Source of the DNA: Vicugna vicugna
Lineage: Eukaryota
Direction of reading: 5' to 3'
Assembly: GCA_013265495.1 (NCBI GenBank)
Contig: MU058241.1
Coordinates: forward strand, 1,117,249-1,181,248
DNA length: 64,000 nt
Every line of letters starts with the position of its first letter. The first letter of the stretch is position 1. The notes below the pieces were generated by a model. The model did no database searches and was not told the DNA's origin. It saw nothing but the letters and a program-made list of their open reading frames with translations. Made by a program: the position numbers and the translations under genes. Below, one piece after another: positions 40,746 through 53,331 of this stretch.

Positions 40746-43700
40746 AAACATTCATTATGCTCTAGCCACCTTCTAGATGCTGGCGAAAACCAAGTACAAG
40801 ACAGTCCCTCTTGCAAACCAACTCTGAACATAGGAAGGAGAGGCAACCACATTTCTATGCAAAGTAGAAGGTGACACATTTTACTGCAATGCCTCATGCA
40901 GGGTAACAAAGAGGAGGGTGTGGTTAATATTGACAGAAGGTGCTTAAATATCATCCAAAAAGATATAGTAGAATTTGTTTACGCCTTGAAGAATAATGAG
41001 GACTTCACAGAATAGAAAAATGTGAAAGTACATTCCAGCAAGAAAAAACAGTGAACTAAAAATGGACAGTTTATCTCAAGATTTAAAAAAAAACTTTCTA
41101 GTGCTCGGTCCAGTCCTTGTCATATACTAGACACTACAGTTTATTCAAAGAGTGACAAATGCATGGAGACAACTGACTGGATATATGATTTATCTGGAGT
41201 GAGGACCTTGGTCAATGACACGGCCCCCTTTTTATAACATTGTTCCTACTGGAAATTATGTTCTCTATACAATGACCTACTTTATGACACAGCTTCCAGG
41301 AAAAGGAGTGATAAAAAAAAAAGTGACTGCTTTCACTGATAAATGCAGAAAGGGTAGCTTTAATGAATTGTTGAACTTGTTTGTTTTTTTCTTTTCCAGA
41401 TGCAAACAAGTTTCCTATCTTATCAATAAACAAATTCATACATCACATTTCATAAAGTTTTACCACTTTTTAGTAAAATTGTAAACATCTAAATATGAAG
41501 ACCAATTACACATTCTGACCAAAGAAAGAAGTGAAGGAATAACAAGGTTCTGAGGCTCATGATGGCCAAACAGCGCCATGCTGGGCACATAACACGAGCT
41601 TATACTCTTGTGAGGTCATTTCTGAACCAGGGTAGGGGAGGAAGGTCTGTGTACAGGCTCTGAAGTGAGGGAGACCCGGGCTGACCATCTCCCCTCTGTG
41701 TGGATATGGAAAAGTCATTTTAACCCTAATTCCTCATCTGCTGTAAATCCCCACCTATCATCACTGTTGTAAAAATCACAGGGAGACAATGGGTGCAAAG
41801 ACTGGTACGGAATGGGCAGTCAATCGGCGGAATCATTGTTAATACTGTGATTCCAGTCAATAGGAGTGGATGCAGACACAAAGCAGATCCAAATTCTTGT
41901 TTTCTCCCTTTGAAATGAGGTGAATAGATAGCTGGTGATTTAGCAATTTAGAGTTTTTCTTTTGAAAAAGCATCAGTCAGTAATAATTAGATCCTGTACT
42001 CCAAACTAAAACAGAGTAGCATGTTGGTGCATTTGAGGAGGCAAAGGCACCAAAGCTGACATTCCATTTATCACTCAGCGATACCCTTTTTTTTTTGACA
42101 TTGACGCTGTTTCCCCAGTAATCCCTTCCACTGGAAAATAATTATCTGAAATATAATAAGAAGGACTATTTCCAACCATCTATAGCAATTGTGGACCACA
42201 AGTGGCCAGGTCAAGGGCAAGCTGTTCTGCAACAAAGAAAACAGGGCAGAGGACATAGATTTTCTTTAACTAGGCTTTTAAAAATATTTAGGACTCGGTA
42301 GTGCATCGGTACTCCAGTCCCACCGTCACCCCGAACACCAGCGCCTGGCTACCGAAGATCTGAGCCCTTTTTGCATAAAAGATACTTTTTCAGCATGAAC
42401 ATTTTGAAAGCTTATCTGCTCTACCTCACACTCTTGCAGAATATCGATCGCAAGCCCACAATTAAGTACTTCTAATGCAATAAGAGAAACGTTCAGAAAA
42501 TCTTTCCATCTCGATTTCTCAGTTCAATGTATATTATATTTGGAACCTCTCACATATTAGGTAAAAATAAAGCTTATAAATAAAGATTATGGTTTTTTCA
42601 GTGTTTCTCTTTAATAGAAGTAGCCTGATACTTAGTTTCTATGCCATGTTCAGAGCGATAGATTATTGTACAGCCTTAGATGTGCTCAATCACAAGCAAA
42701 TTACACTTCTTAAGGATGCCTACTTGAATTGTTTTCAGATGTTGTCTGAGTCTTTTGTTATATATACACATTTAAATGTATATGTACACATAACAGAAAT
42801 GTAAATGGCATGTATAACTCACAGACTTTTTGAAAAAATTACTCTTCCATTTAGAAAAGATTCCCTGTTTTTCCGTCAAGCGGTCAGTCCTTGCAGCGTA
42901 TTTCAAGCACAGAGAAAGCAGATGCAACAGAAAATGCACTTCTATTAGTGAGAAGCGTTTCATTTGCAAGATTTAGAATGTTAGTTCTAACTCACTTAAG
43001 AAAACAAATAGAAAAGGGTCAGTGCGAGGAGGGAGTGAGCCCGGGACAGTCAGAGCTGCCTCCCGGGCTCAGGAAATGCCATCGCACCTACTGACCAGCT
43101 TCTCCCTTCCTCAGCCCCGATTCCCTGTGGGCTGTCTTAATTCTCCAGCTGGCCTCTCCACACGGCCACCTGCCCTTGGTCCTTGGAGACAGCGACCCAG
43201 GGGAAGGGATGTGGCCTCTTTCTCAGGGGGTTCACATGGGATGTTCTATTCCAGGATGGCAGGAGTGCCTTTCTCAGAATTCTGTGAACACCTACTCAAA
43301 ACAAGGGGCTGCTTCCACCAGGCAGAGCATGGTGACCAGACGAACTACCTCAGTGCCCATGTGGAAGGGGCGCTGCTGTGTGCTCCGACAGTGTGGCCAG
43401 AGATTAAAGCTGGCGCCTGTCATCTTTAATGTTCCTCAGGCTCAGCATGTGAGATTCTGGGAGGCGGGGACAGGGATGATGGGTCAGCAAACAGAGGGAG
43501 GGGAAGGGTGTTGTTGGGCAAGGTGGCAGGTTGCACAGGGGTGTTCTCAGGTGTTACGATGCCAAGACTGGAAAACAAAACACCACCACGTGAACAGGAG
43601 ACTGGGACGAGAGATGACACCCGGAGATTTGGAGATAAGGCTCGGTCCTTGGGGGTAGAGGTGTGGCAAGCATCCCTCACCCTGTATCCTTCTCCCTCTT

Positions 43701-44647
43701 TATGAGAATACCTGATGAAATCTGTTGGGAGGAAGATGGAGACAGGGAAAGTCTTGGGCACTTAGTTTCTGTGCCAAGTGCTCTGGTGGGTGTCCCCAGG
43801 GCTAAGGGTTTCCCACTCCCTAGCTCCGCGTGCACACCCAGAGCACCTGCGTGTGGCCTCGTCCTAGCACATGATTACGACTTGGTCATTACATATCGGA
43901 TGTCTCCCCACCCCCCTGGGCTGCTGAAGAGGAACTGAATTCTAGTCACCTTTGTCTGCCCTGTACCAGTACTGTGTTGGTTATACAATGGATGCTTAAT
44001 AGATGGCTAACAAACCAGTTCAAAACTAAGTTACTAAGGAAAATAGAGAAGTAAAAAACACACAGATGAATTACTGAAAAATGTCCTTAAAGGGTAATTC
44101 AATTACAACATACTCACAACAGAAGAGTAATTTACTTACACCCAACAATCAAAACAAATATTTATCGATCATACACTATGCACCAAGTGTTGTGCACGGC
44201 TCTGAGATTACAAAGACAAACGTGAATGAATCTGATATTCTTCTTTCCTGAACTTTCTAATTAGCTGCATGTAAACATGATACAGGGTAGAAGAAAAAAA
44301 AAAGACGAAGTTTTTCTTTTTATAGAGTTTAAAATGTTAAGAATTAAATTATGGAGCTTTGTGAATATGAGATTTAAATTTAGTGGGATTTCACTCACCG
44401 GCAGGTGTGGTACTAACAGCTGGTCTCACCTTTCCTTTAAGCAAAAAACCCCAAAGTCGTGGTGTTCCTCCTGGCTGCCCCAGTGACAAATTTTCCATCC
44501 GTCTTCTGAACTGACCTGATGACAGTGCCCAAATGCAGGGAACAGTTGCTCTGCCACCACCACCCCAGATTCTGGCTCTAAGGATGTTGTCTCTCCTTTA
44601 ATTTTTGATGCCACCACACCACTTTAAACCAGATCACCCTAGGAGTT

Positions 44648-44800
44648 AGACCAGGGCTTCGCACACTTTAACATACATAGCAATTCCTAGGGATTCTGTT
44701 AAAATGCAGGCTCTGCTTCAGGAGACCGGACATGAGGCCTGGGATTCTTCCCTCCTAATAAATTTCTTGCAAGATGCTCTCATGAGAAGACCACTCTCTA
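44648..44800. mobile_element. MER5-like hAT remnant
   Basis: cctagggattctgttaaaatgcaggctctgcttcaggag...gaggcctgggattct...gaccactct. Confidence 0.6.
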
Positions 44801-45639
44801 CCAGACTCAGAAGGCAGTGGAAGGGTTAAAGAATGAAGAGCTTATCCTTCTGTATTTTCTGGAGATAAACTTCACCTTCTCTTCACTAAATTCTAAAGGC
44901 AGTAAAGAATTCATAGAGCACTGTAGTTGTGCTATGCTTAGGCATTACCGTGAATGCAGGCTCGAACTATCTGAGAAGTCTATACATGAGAATAAAAACC
45001 AAAATCTCTTCCTTAGCCATCACATCCAGGGCTCTTGCTTACAGAAGAGTGTTGTGGGCCAGAACCCAGGTTACTCGCATCCCAAACGGGAGAGAAGGAA
45101 AAGGTCCAAGGTAAAGGCCATTTGGGGAGCTCCCCACTCCTCTCATGCTGAAGGTAGAGACACTTGCATTTTTTCAGATTCTCCCCTATTGCTTCAATTG
45201 AGAGTAAATCTGTCCTTAAGAGGACTTGGAGAACCTTCAACCAATAAAGCATGCAATTCCTCCTGGCTTGGTTGTTAGGACTGGACGGGAAAAACATTGT
45301 TTAGAGAGAGAAAGAATTGTCAGAGTCCTCTGAATCTGAGTGGGAATGTCAGCCGACTTGGCCGCCATTTAAAGCTCCTTCTCGGGTCTATCCAGAGCGT
45401 GTGGGGCCACAGCATGCAACAGAGGCTGGTCTGCTGAAGGCCCACTAACCGGCATGAAGCGGCATGAGCTTTATGGCGCCAACTGGGATTTTACTATCGC
45501 AATTTGCAGGTTAGTCACCTGGGAAGCTCAGAGAGGTTATACAAGCCGCCTAGGGTCACACTGCCTAACGCGGGTTGAGGATGTGGACGCTGCCCAAAGC
45601 CTTTCCAATAGTGCTTAGGGAAAAAGCTGTGGGCCATTC

Positions 45640-46620
45640 GGTCCCAGTCTAGCTCCTGCACCCCGCCCTGAGGTACCGCAGGACCGCCCCGAGGGTGAGG
45701 AAGAGAGGGCCCACATCCGGGAAAGTGACCCCAAGAGAGTCAAGCACTTCCGGTGCGCAACAATGAGGGTCGTTCAGGGTCAGCGGCTCGAGGTGAGGGC
45801 AGGCCCGCAGGGGGCGCAAAGGCACCAAATTGCATTCCTAGGTATCCGAAGACAGCATGACTCGAGACGAGAAAGTTTTATCCCTTACCCGCGATAGGGG
45901 ACACCAGGGTCAAGCGGCCGAGCGCGCGCCGGCACGTTGAGTCCAGCATTTTAAACTGAGAAGGCGGGGCCCAGCGGACGCCCGCGTCGGCGTGATGACG
46001 TCACAGGTCCGCGCGAGTAGTCCGTCTTCAGCCCCTTCCGCGGAACATTCCTGGGCGGGCGCAAGGCGAGCGTGGTCCGGCCCTGATAGGCGGGGCCGCG
46101 TTGAGTGACGGCCCGGCCCCACCTTCCGGTTAAGGAGTTGGAGAAGGCTGTTCGACAGGGAAGTGCCTCAGACAGGCATTGGTAGGGTGGAACGCAGGGC
46201 CGGCGGGGGCCTGGTTTCAGCACCAGGAGGCGGCTCTCGGGAGAGCGGGTGCAAGTAGGCTTCGCCGGGGCTGTAGTGGTGGCTGTCCTTGCCCCGCAGC
46301 CCCGAGGCCGCGGTGGGGTGGGCGGGGTAAAGACTCTGGGCCTGCGCGCCCTGGGCCGGCCGCCTGGAGACTGAGCTCACTTCACCGTCTCTCCCCTCCC
46401 TTCTGCAGTAATTAAATCAAAACCGAGGCTTGGCTGCGGTGGCTGAGCCTCCTTCCGCACAGGGCCCGGCTCGGTGCGTCAGAGCAACAGTCTTAGGTTC
46501 CTAAATTCGAGGCCCAGGCCAAGTGCCCCATCTAAAGGTCTGGGAATCAGGGTCCTGGGGCCGCGGAGGAAGGCCTGAGGGCTGCCAAGTGAGCAGCGAG
46601 GTGGGGTAGGGGGGACTATT
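45640..46620. promoter_or_regulatory. PNPLA4: CpG-island promoter of PNPLA4
   Basis: Sharp rise in GC and CpG ~0.7-1.7 kb upstream of the ATG exon. Perfect CRE TGACGTCA at 45996-46003, GC boxes (GGCGGGGC at ~45963 and ~46089), ETS-type CACTTCCGGT at 45745-45754 and CCTTCCGG at ~46122; no clear TATA box. Confidence 0.88.
46100..46181 (+). other. PNPLA4: Probable non-coding exon 1 of PNPLA4 (5' boundary uncertain)
   Basis: The ATG exon has a splice acceptor 13 nt before the ATG, so an upstream exon is needed. A candidate donor TTG|gtaggg lies at 46182 inside the island; alternative GT donors at ~46256 and ~46327. Confidence 0.4.
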
Positions 46621-47340
46621 TAATACACGTCGTGTAATCATGCCCGCTGCGGGTTCGGAAATAACAATTTTACAGTTAGGTTTGTTACAAGTATCAGGCT
46701 TTGCAGATGACATTGCTTTGAGCCTTCAGTTGCCCTTGCCAGTCATGACCTCAGTTTGTCTTGAAGCTTGGCTATGAAATATATTGCATTGCTGAATAAT
46801 TGAGTGTTGCATTATGAAATAATTGTGAGCATCCGTTTAAACGGATGCTCACAATGGAAAAGAGTGAAGAGCAGAGATAACTGTTTTAAATTGACTGGTA
46901 CACTTGTAAAGGGCAGATGGGTGGTACATTTGGAATTTGCTGCAGTCTCTAATGATTTTACCTTTCCACAATACCCCACCCCTCAAATTCCCAAAGGTCA
47001 AGAAAAAAGATTAAATGCCTTGCCGGTGGAATTTATAAATTTGTTTTTTTACCAAGTAATTAAAAAATAGATTGCGTAACCCATGTACTGAACAAATAAT
47101 AGACTATTGTAGAAAAAATTTTTTTAATTAATGTGATTATATTGGTTCAAGGTGAGGGGGGAAGAAAATGTTTCCTTGAAAGTTTGAGGTGTTTAATTAG
47201 AGTTTAATAGAAAATACTGTGCTTAGTACAGATGAATTATATATATATATATATTTTTTTTTTTAAAAGCCCTGGAACGACTACAAACCACACCAACTTA
47301 AAGCATTTTTGGTTTTTGTGTCTCCAGTTTCGCAGCTAGA

Positions 47341-47520
47341 ATGAAGCACATCAACTTGTCCTTTGCAGCCTGTGGGTTTCTGGGCATTTACCACTTGGGG
47401 GCAGCATCTGCACTTCGCAGACACGGAAAAAAGCTTCTGAAGGATGTCAAGGCCTTTGCGGGGGCTTCTGCAGGATCCTTGGTTGCTTCCGTCCTGCTAA
47501 CAGCGCCAGAAAAAATAGAG
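47341..47520 (+). CDS. PNPLA4: PNPLA4 first coding exon (aa 1-60): oxyanion-hole motif CGFLG and nucleophile elbow GASAG (Ser43)
   Basis: Translation MKHINLSFAACGFLGIYHLGAASALRRHGKKLLKDVKAFAGASAGSLVASVLLTAPEKIE matches the PNPLA4/GS2 N-terminus. Acceptor tgtgtctccag ends at 47327; donor GAG|gtaatt at 47521; 180 nt, phase 0. Confidence 0.97.
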
Positions 47521-48498
47521 GTAATTAAGTAATAACTAGGCTCTGTTCCTCATTAAGAAATTAAGACTGAACAACGAAGATGATTGTTAACGATACTGTT
47601 AACTACAGAAAAATAATCATCTGCCTGGGAAACAGAAAAAGTTGAGACTTCTTTTAAAATACAGTCACTGGGGATCTGTGTTCTGCATTTGGAAAAGATT
47701 ATTTGGGTGACAATAAGACAAGGAAGTAAATGCCTTATTTTACTCTTGAATTGTTTATTTAGTCTTAAGATTCCAGCTTTGTTTCTTTCAAGCAAAGGAT
47801 ATTTCTCCCTTATTTGATCATGAGAAGAGCACGGGGCCTGTTCTCAAGGCCTTGAACAGGGGCTGATAACTGCTCAGTCCTGTTTACAGACAGGCCTGTA
47901 AGCTAAAATGTGAGCCTGAAATTTCTTTTGAGTGGAATGATATTGGAATTTAGTTTGTTTTTCATTCTCACAGAAAGAAGAAGCCCCGAATTCCAAGTTT
48001 ATCTAGAAGTAATAAAAATAAGCCTTCATTAAGTGTTTCGTTTAGTGCAGACTATGTTTTTAAAATGTGTTTTCTGCTTTTAGACAGCCATCATGCATTC
48101 CTTGACTGTGGGCACTGGCTTCTGCAGGTGGAGGATATTATACCTGTTAATTACTTACATACTCTAGTGGCTTGGAACAGTCATCGAATAATGATTAACA
48201 CTTTCATGCCCAAGAGTGAATTTAAGTCACATTTAAATTTTCAAAGTGACATTTTAAACGCCAAAAATCTTGTTTTCAGCTCTATGGTGAGCTGCTTATG
48301 GAAGACAAATGGGGTTTGAGGCCAGTTATTCAGAAATTGACATCTCTTTTTTTTTTTCCAGTCGTTACATAGTTGCTTTCTAGGAAACTAGAAAAGTGAT
48401 GAAAACCTTTAGTGATTGTATGGGATGAGAACGTTAAGTCAGGGAAAGCATAAATGAAATGTGAAAACTCCTCCCAAACGGGCAGAATCGTGTGTTCT

Positions 48499-49214
48499 TG
48501 TTATCAAACTTAGGTTCAGCTGCTCGTTGCTCAAGAATCCAATATGAAGAGACAGGTGTTGGGTAAAAGGAAAAACAGCTTTACTGAGGAAGCCGGCAAT
48601 CCTGGGGAAAAGGTGGATTTATGTCCTAAAGAACCAACTCTCCACTGCCGATCAGGGGCAAGAGCTTTTAAAGAAGAATTTCAGGGGTGTGTAGGTGGAG
48701 GGAGGGGCCATGTGCAGAACAGCACATTCAACGCAATCACCCTGAAGTTAGGCGCGCGGTAGTCTGATCAGCGTCATCTTGACTGTTTTAAGTGCAGCTG
48801 ATCTTCAGTTCTAGGGTCGGTTTGTTCCCATTTCCTCGAGGCCAGTTCTTGGAACTGTGTAAGATGGAGCAGCTTATGTTGTGGCTACAGTCTGGTCATC
48901 ATGCAGGTAACATCTTCCACCTGGTGAGGGTTCCAGTATCTGCAAAACAGCTCAAAGGACGTGGCTCAGAATATGATCTGTGGCTCTTGAGGTCTGTAAC
49001 TTCAGTCAAGAACTCCAGATCCTTGACTTTGCTCAATGGCTAAACTATTATTTTGACCTATTTGACTGCTTTTCTTTGCCTCTACATTTTTTCCATTTCT
49101 ATGATTAGATTTATTCTTTGGCTAAACTTTTTCTGCAGACGAAAGGCAGGTGGAAGACGTTTGGCAGGGGGCATGTCTGTCCTGGGAAGGCCCATTGGGT
49201 CCTGCTCCCTTACA
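48499..49214 (-). mobile_element. ERV solo LTR (~716 bp), antisense within the PNPLA4 intron after the first coding exon
   Basis: TG...CA termini (tgttatcaaac ... ctcccttaca); gagacaggtgttgggtaaaaggaaaaacagctttactgaggaagccggc reads as a reverse-complement R/U5 region with an AGTAAA signal. Confidence 0.75.
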
Positions 49215-50577
49215 CCGTCAGCTGTGAGCTGGTTCCTTCACATTTCTTCCTTTCCTTTCTGAAGCAGGGCTACTCAGGGGCTGTTTCCGCCTGTTTAGTG
49301 TAGGCTTGCCTTCAGTTGGGAGCAAACCCTGGGCTTTGGAGTTAAGTAGATTTGGTTTCCAGTCCTTAGCAGATTTAGAAATGTGTGATTTAGAATTAAT
49401 GTGTTTTGGAAATACTGTGATAACACAGCTGCTTAAGTGAAATTCTATGATGTTCAGACCTTGCATCCTTTACCTGAACTTGAGGCTTGGAATCAGTCAG
49501 ATTACCTGTTCTTACTTATACTTTAAATAAACTGGAGACCCCATCATATCGTCTCATTGTTGGTAAAACCTAAGGGTGAGTCTTTATTGGGTGCTCACCT
49601 TAGAAGGTCAGAAATGGTTCTCTGTATTTACCTAGGGCATCGTCCTTCCTCCTTTTCCAAAGTAAGCTTTCAGCCATTTGCCTTGCAGTTAGTTTATTTC
49701 TTTTCCTTTTAGCATTTGAAATCTACCCCTTGTAGGACTGCTTTGAGTTTTCTTTTCAGCAAACTGTCTTCTGCCTACTCAAGTCCCTGTTAGCTCAGTT
49801 CTCCCGGGTGGTGTAAGTTCCTTGAGCTTGGTGGTGGTGTGACAAATATGTGAGTAATTAATCTAGTTCCGAACTTGTGCATGTATAATTAAGAGGAGCA
49901 CCTGACGCCGGGTGTATTTTAGGTGTAGGCAGATTTAGACGTTGATGTGTTAGAAATTCTGCACTGCAGCCTTTCCTCAGCCCTCATAATTTGCAAGGCA
50001 TGGCATTAGATTCAGCAGGGAACTAACTCAAAGATGAGTAAGTGCATTCCTTCATAAGTTTCCAGTCTCATCAGGGGTGTGTGTGTGCATGTGTGTGTGT
50101 GTAACTAAAATTAAGACAAGAAATAAGCTGAGTGCGCAGTCTGGCTCAGTAGAAAGAGCACACATGGGGGGCCACCCCCGTTTCTCCCCTGGAAGTCTGC
50201 AGCAGCTGCATGACAGGCAGGCCTGCATCCCCTCCTGCTGCCCACAGTCCACCCACCTCTGCACTTAGAGTGATTTTTACCCAAACAGAAATCTGGATAT
50301 CTCATTCCCCTACCTCCCCCTCACACACCCCGGTGTAGGGGGTGCTCCCTTGGCCTCAGGACAGGCTGCAGGTTTCTTACAAGGCAACGTGTACTGTGGC
50401 CGTGTTGTGGCTCACTGAGCTTGCGTTTCCAGTCTGGACTCTGTCTGCGCTATTGTCACTTTCCTGCCTGCCTGTCTTCCTCTTCCTCCTCCATCTCCTG
50501 TCCAACACCTGTCCGTATGTTAGGTCTCAGCCTAGATGTCCAGTTGCAGGGAAGTGAAGTTGGAGGCTGGTGCCCAC

Positions 50578-51064
50578 TGTAGTTGTTCCCTGTTGCTATG
50601 GCAACAAGTGGCCATAAACCTAAGAGCCTTAAGACATCACACATTGATTTTCTAATGGTCCCAGAGGCCAGAAGTGTGAAAAGGTCTCACTGGCTAAAAT
50701 CAGAGTGTCTGCAGGGCGTGCTCCCTCTGGGCAGGAGGCTCAGTTTCCTTGCCCTTTCTAGTTTCTACAGGCTACCTGCACTCCCCAGCTCCTGGCCCCT
50801 TCCTGCATCCTTGAAGTCATAAGGAGAGCACCCTCACCTCTCTCTCTCTCACTGTGACACTCCTGCCTCCCTCTTTCACCTGCAGGAACCTTTTGATTAC
50901 ACTGGACTCACCCAGAAAATCCAGGGTCAAGTCCTTCTCTTAGAACCCTTAACGTAATCATCTGGCAGCCCCCTTGGCTGTGTACGGGAACATACTCCCA
51001 GGTTCCGGGGACTAGAATGTGGGCATCGTTGGGGCAGGGAGGGGCTTGAATCTGCCCACCACAC
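50578..51064 (-). mobile_element. MLT1 (C/D-like) solo LTR
   Basis: ccagaggccagaagtgtgaaaaggtctcactggctaaaatcag...gtttccttgccctttctagtttcta...gattacactggactcacccagaaaatccagg...aatctgcccaccaca. Confidence 0.82.
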
Positions 51065-51906
51065 GGGTGTTTCCTAACATTCTGTCACCTACTCATGGAG
51101 GGACTCCTGAATCTCAGGAGGGCAGGGCTCTGTGGAGCTCATTCTCTGCCGAATCCCAGTGCCTTCCCAATACCTGGTGCCCCGCAGAGTGCTGGCTGGA
51201 CAGACTAATAAATGAAAGATAGGCCTGGGTTCAGATCCTGGCTCTGACACTCGTTTCCTGCGACACAGTGGGAAAGATACTTACCCCCAAACTTCAGGTT
51301 TCTTACCTGTCGAGTGCAGTGACTGTACCCACCTTGCAGGGTGACATGAAGATGGGCTGACAGGGGCCACATCTGTGGACCCCAGCCCTGGCTGCTGCTA
51401 GACCCCATTGGGGGACATCTGTGAAATCCCCGTGCCCGAGGCTTACCTCCAAAGACTCACATGACTCAGTACCTGCACACGACAGCCGTCGCCACTCCTG
51501 TCTCTGTAACTGGTGCTGTCCTTGATCATCAGTGCTGCCGCAGAGCTGCATTCCACGCGTCTGCACAGACCTGGGGTGGGAGAGGAGCTTAATGGTGTTG
51601 GAGAAATCTATGAAAGAACATGCTCGATTAGAATTAGAATCCAGCCTTCAAGGATTTTCCACAGGTAGACAAAGCCATTTGAGGTGGTTAAAGAAAAAAA
51701 AAAAAGGTTGGAACTTGAGAGCACAGAGCTTGCCTGAGGCCCTGGCATGGTGGGTGAGGACCAGGCCCCGTGGGGATTTGCTCACCTGTGAAGGACTGTA
51801 GTGTGGGGTCGGGTTTATAGGGTCCACGTGCCTTGTGTGTTTTCTGGAACTAGAATGATTTTTGGGGGGCAGAAACGTAGGGTCACTTACTGATTTTCTT
51901 TTCCAG

Positions 51907-52001
51907 GAATGTAACGAGTTTACTTACAAGTTTGCTGAAGAAACCCGAAGGCAGTTGCTTGGGGCAGTAACGCCTGGCTATGATTTCATGGCCCGATTGA
52001 G
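51907..52001 (+). CDS. PNPLA4: PNPLA4 second coding exon (ECNEFTYKFAEETRRQLLGAVTPGYDFMARL)
   Basis: Acceptor ttttcttttccag|GAA, donor AG|gtatgc; 95 nt; continues the frame of the previous exon and matches PNPLA4. Confidence 0.96.
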
Positions 52002-52661
52002 GTATGCACAGGCTACAGTACCCCGCAAAGCGTGTGAAGACGGAGGATGCTCTCTATAAACTGTGGCAAGCTTAGTCAGCATCCTCTCCTCTTAAATCTT
52101 TACCAGGTGGTCAGATTAAAGGTGAATCCTGCGGTGTTCGGTCAGGCCCCTCAAGATGGCTGTCCTCTTGTTTTCTCTACATCCTCTGCTCCAACAGTCC
52201 CTGCTTCACCTGAGGGCAACTCACGTGAACGTGCCTGCCCCCTCCCCCACCCCAGCTAGCGATTGTTCCAGCCCTTAGGCCAGAACGGCTTCACCTGCCA
52301 GTTTATTAAAGGGAAACACCTGCCCACCTGGTGGTCGTTTACCAGAGGGGGTGGGAGCTGCTGGTTTCCCTGGTAACTGATGAGCCAAGCTGATGTCAGT
52401 TCCGCCTATAAATGGTAGCCACCGCCTCCTCCCCCAAGTAGGAGGAAGATGGCGGCCCTGTCCAACCTGCTGGCTGCTGCGCACAGTGGGGTATTGCACC
52501 AGGACCCTTCGTTTTGGCTGTGTAAGACCCCCATCCAGTAAACACCTGGTGTCCCTGTCCCTGGCTTCAGGCTCTTCCTCAGGTCACGAGTCTGGGCCAG
52601 TCCATGGCTTGCAGGCCTGCTGGGTGCAGCCCGACATGCGGGTCACTTTTTTCTTTTTTAG

Positions 52662-52797
52662 GAGAGGGATGGAGTCAATTCTCCCTGCCAACGCGCACGA
52701 GCTGGCCCACAACCGCCTGCACATCTCCATCACCAACACCAAGACCAGAGAAAATGACTTAGTCTCCAGCTTCTCCTCCAGGGAGGACCTCATTAAG
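52662..52797 (+). CDS. PNPLA4: PNPLA4 third coding exon (RGMESILPANAHELAHNRLHISITNTKTRENDLVSSFSSREDLIK)
   Basis: Acceptor ttctttttttag|G completes the split AGG codon; donor AAG|gtaacc; 136 nt restores phase 0; patatin-domain sequence. Confidence 0.96.
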
Positions 52798-53227
52798 GTA
52801 ACCTGGCCGCAATTCACTTTGGGGGAAATGAGCAAGTGCTGATATAAATAATTGTCACAAGCGGTGAGCATCAGCACTTTCGTTAGACCCAGTCTTGCAG
52901 AGCGCACTTGGTAAGTGCTGGGAAAGTACAGGTCTGATGAACAGATCAACCAGGCTTCCTCCAAAGCCACCTCCAGACAGGCGGCTCGCAGAAGCCCCGG
53001 AGTAGCTCCGTGTTTTCTCTTGTGATGTTTAGCAAGCCCTCGTTTACCCTGTGCATAGGCTTGGGTGGCAGTAACAGTTCCTTACGTTGATGTAGCAAGT
53101 GCTTTGTTCTTTATGAAAGACTTTGTGCACGTACCGTCAGGCTCAGTACTTCCATGGTCCTCCTGTAAACCAGCCAGGACACAGGTGATTCCTGTCCTCT
53201 TGTTGCTTTTCTTGTTTTCTCTCTCTT

Positions 53228-53331
53228 AATTTTTTTAATGGCGGTACTGAGGATTGATTGAACCCAGGACCTCGTGCATGCTAAGCTCGCGCTGTTCCAC
53301 TGAGCTGGACCCCACCCCCACCCCCACCCCC
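53228..53331 (-). mobile_element. Vic-1-type SINE with expanded G-rich head
   Basis: gtactgaggattgattgaacccaggacctcgtgcatgctaagc...ccactgagct followed by (CCCCCA)n. Confidence 0.8.

Noticed and set aside
1..45600. Many 60-190 aa six-frame ORFs
   Set aside because: None shows a recognisable domain; many start at non-ATG codons or overlap repeats. This is the expected background in mammalian intergenic DNA.
47341..47532. A 63-aa standalone or truncated PNPLA4 (pseudogene)
   Set aside because: The stop codon lies in the intron after a canonical donor at 47521; the downstream exons splice in frame with no lesions.
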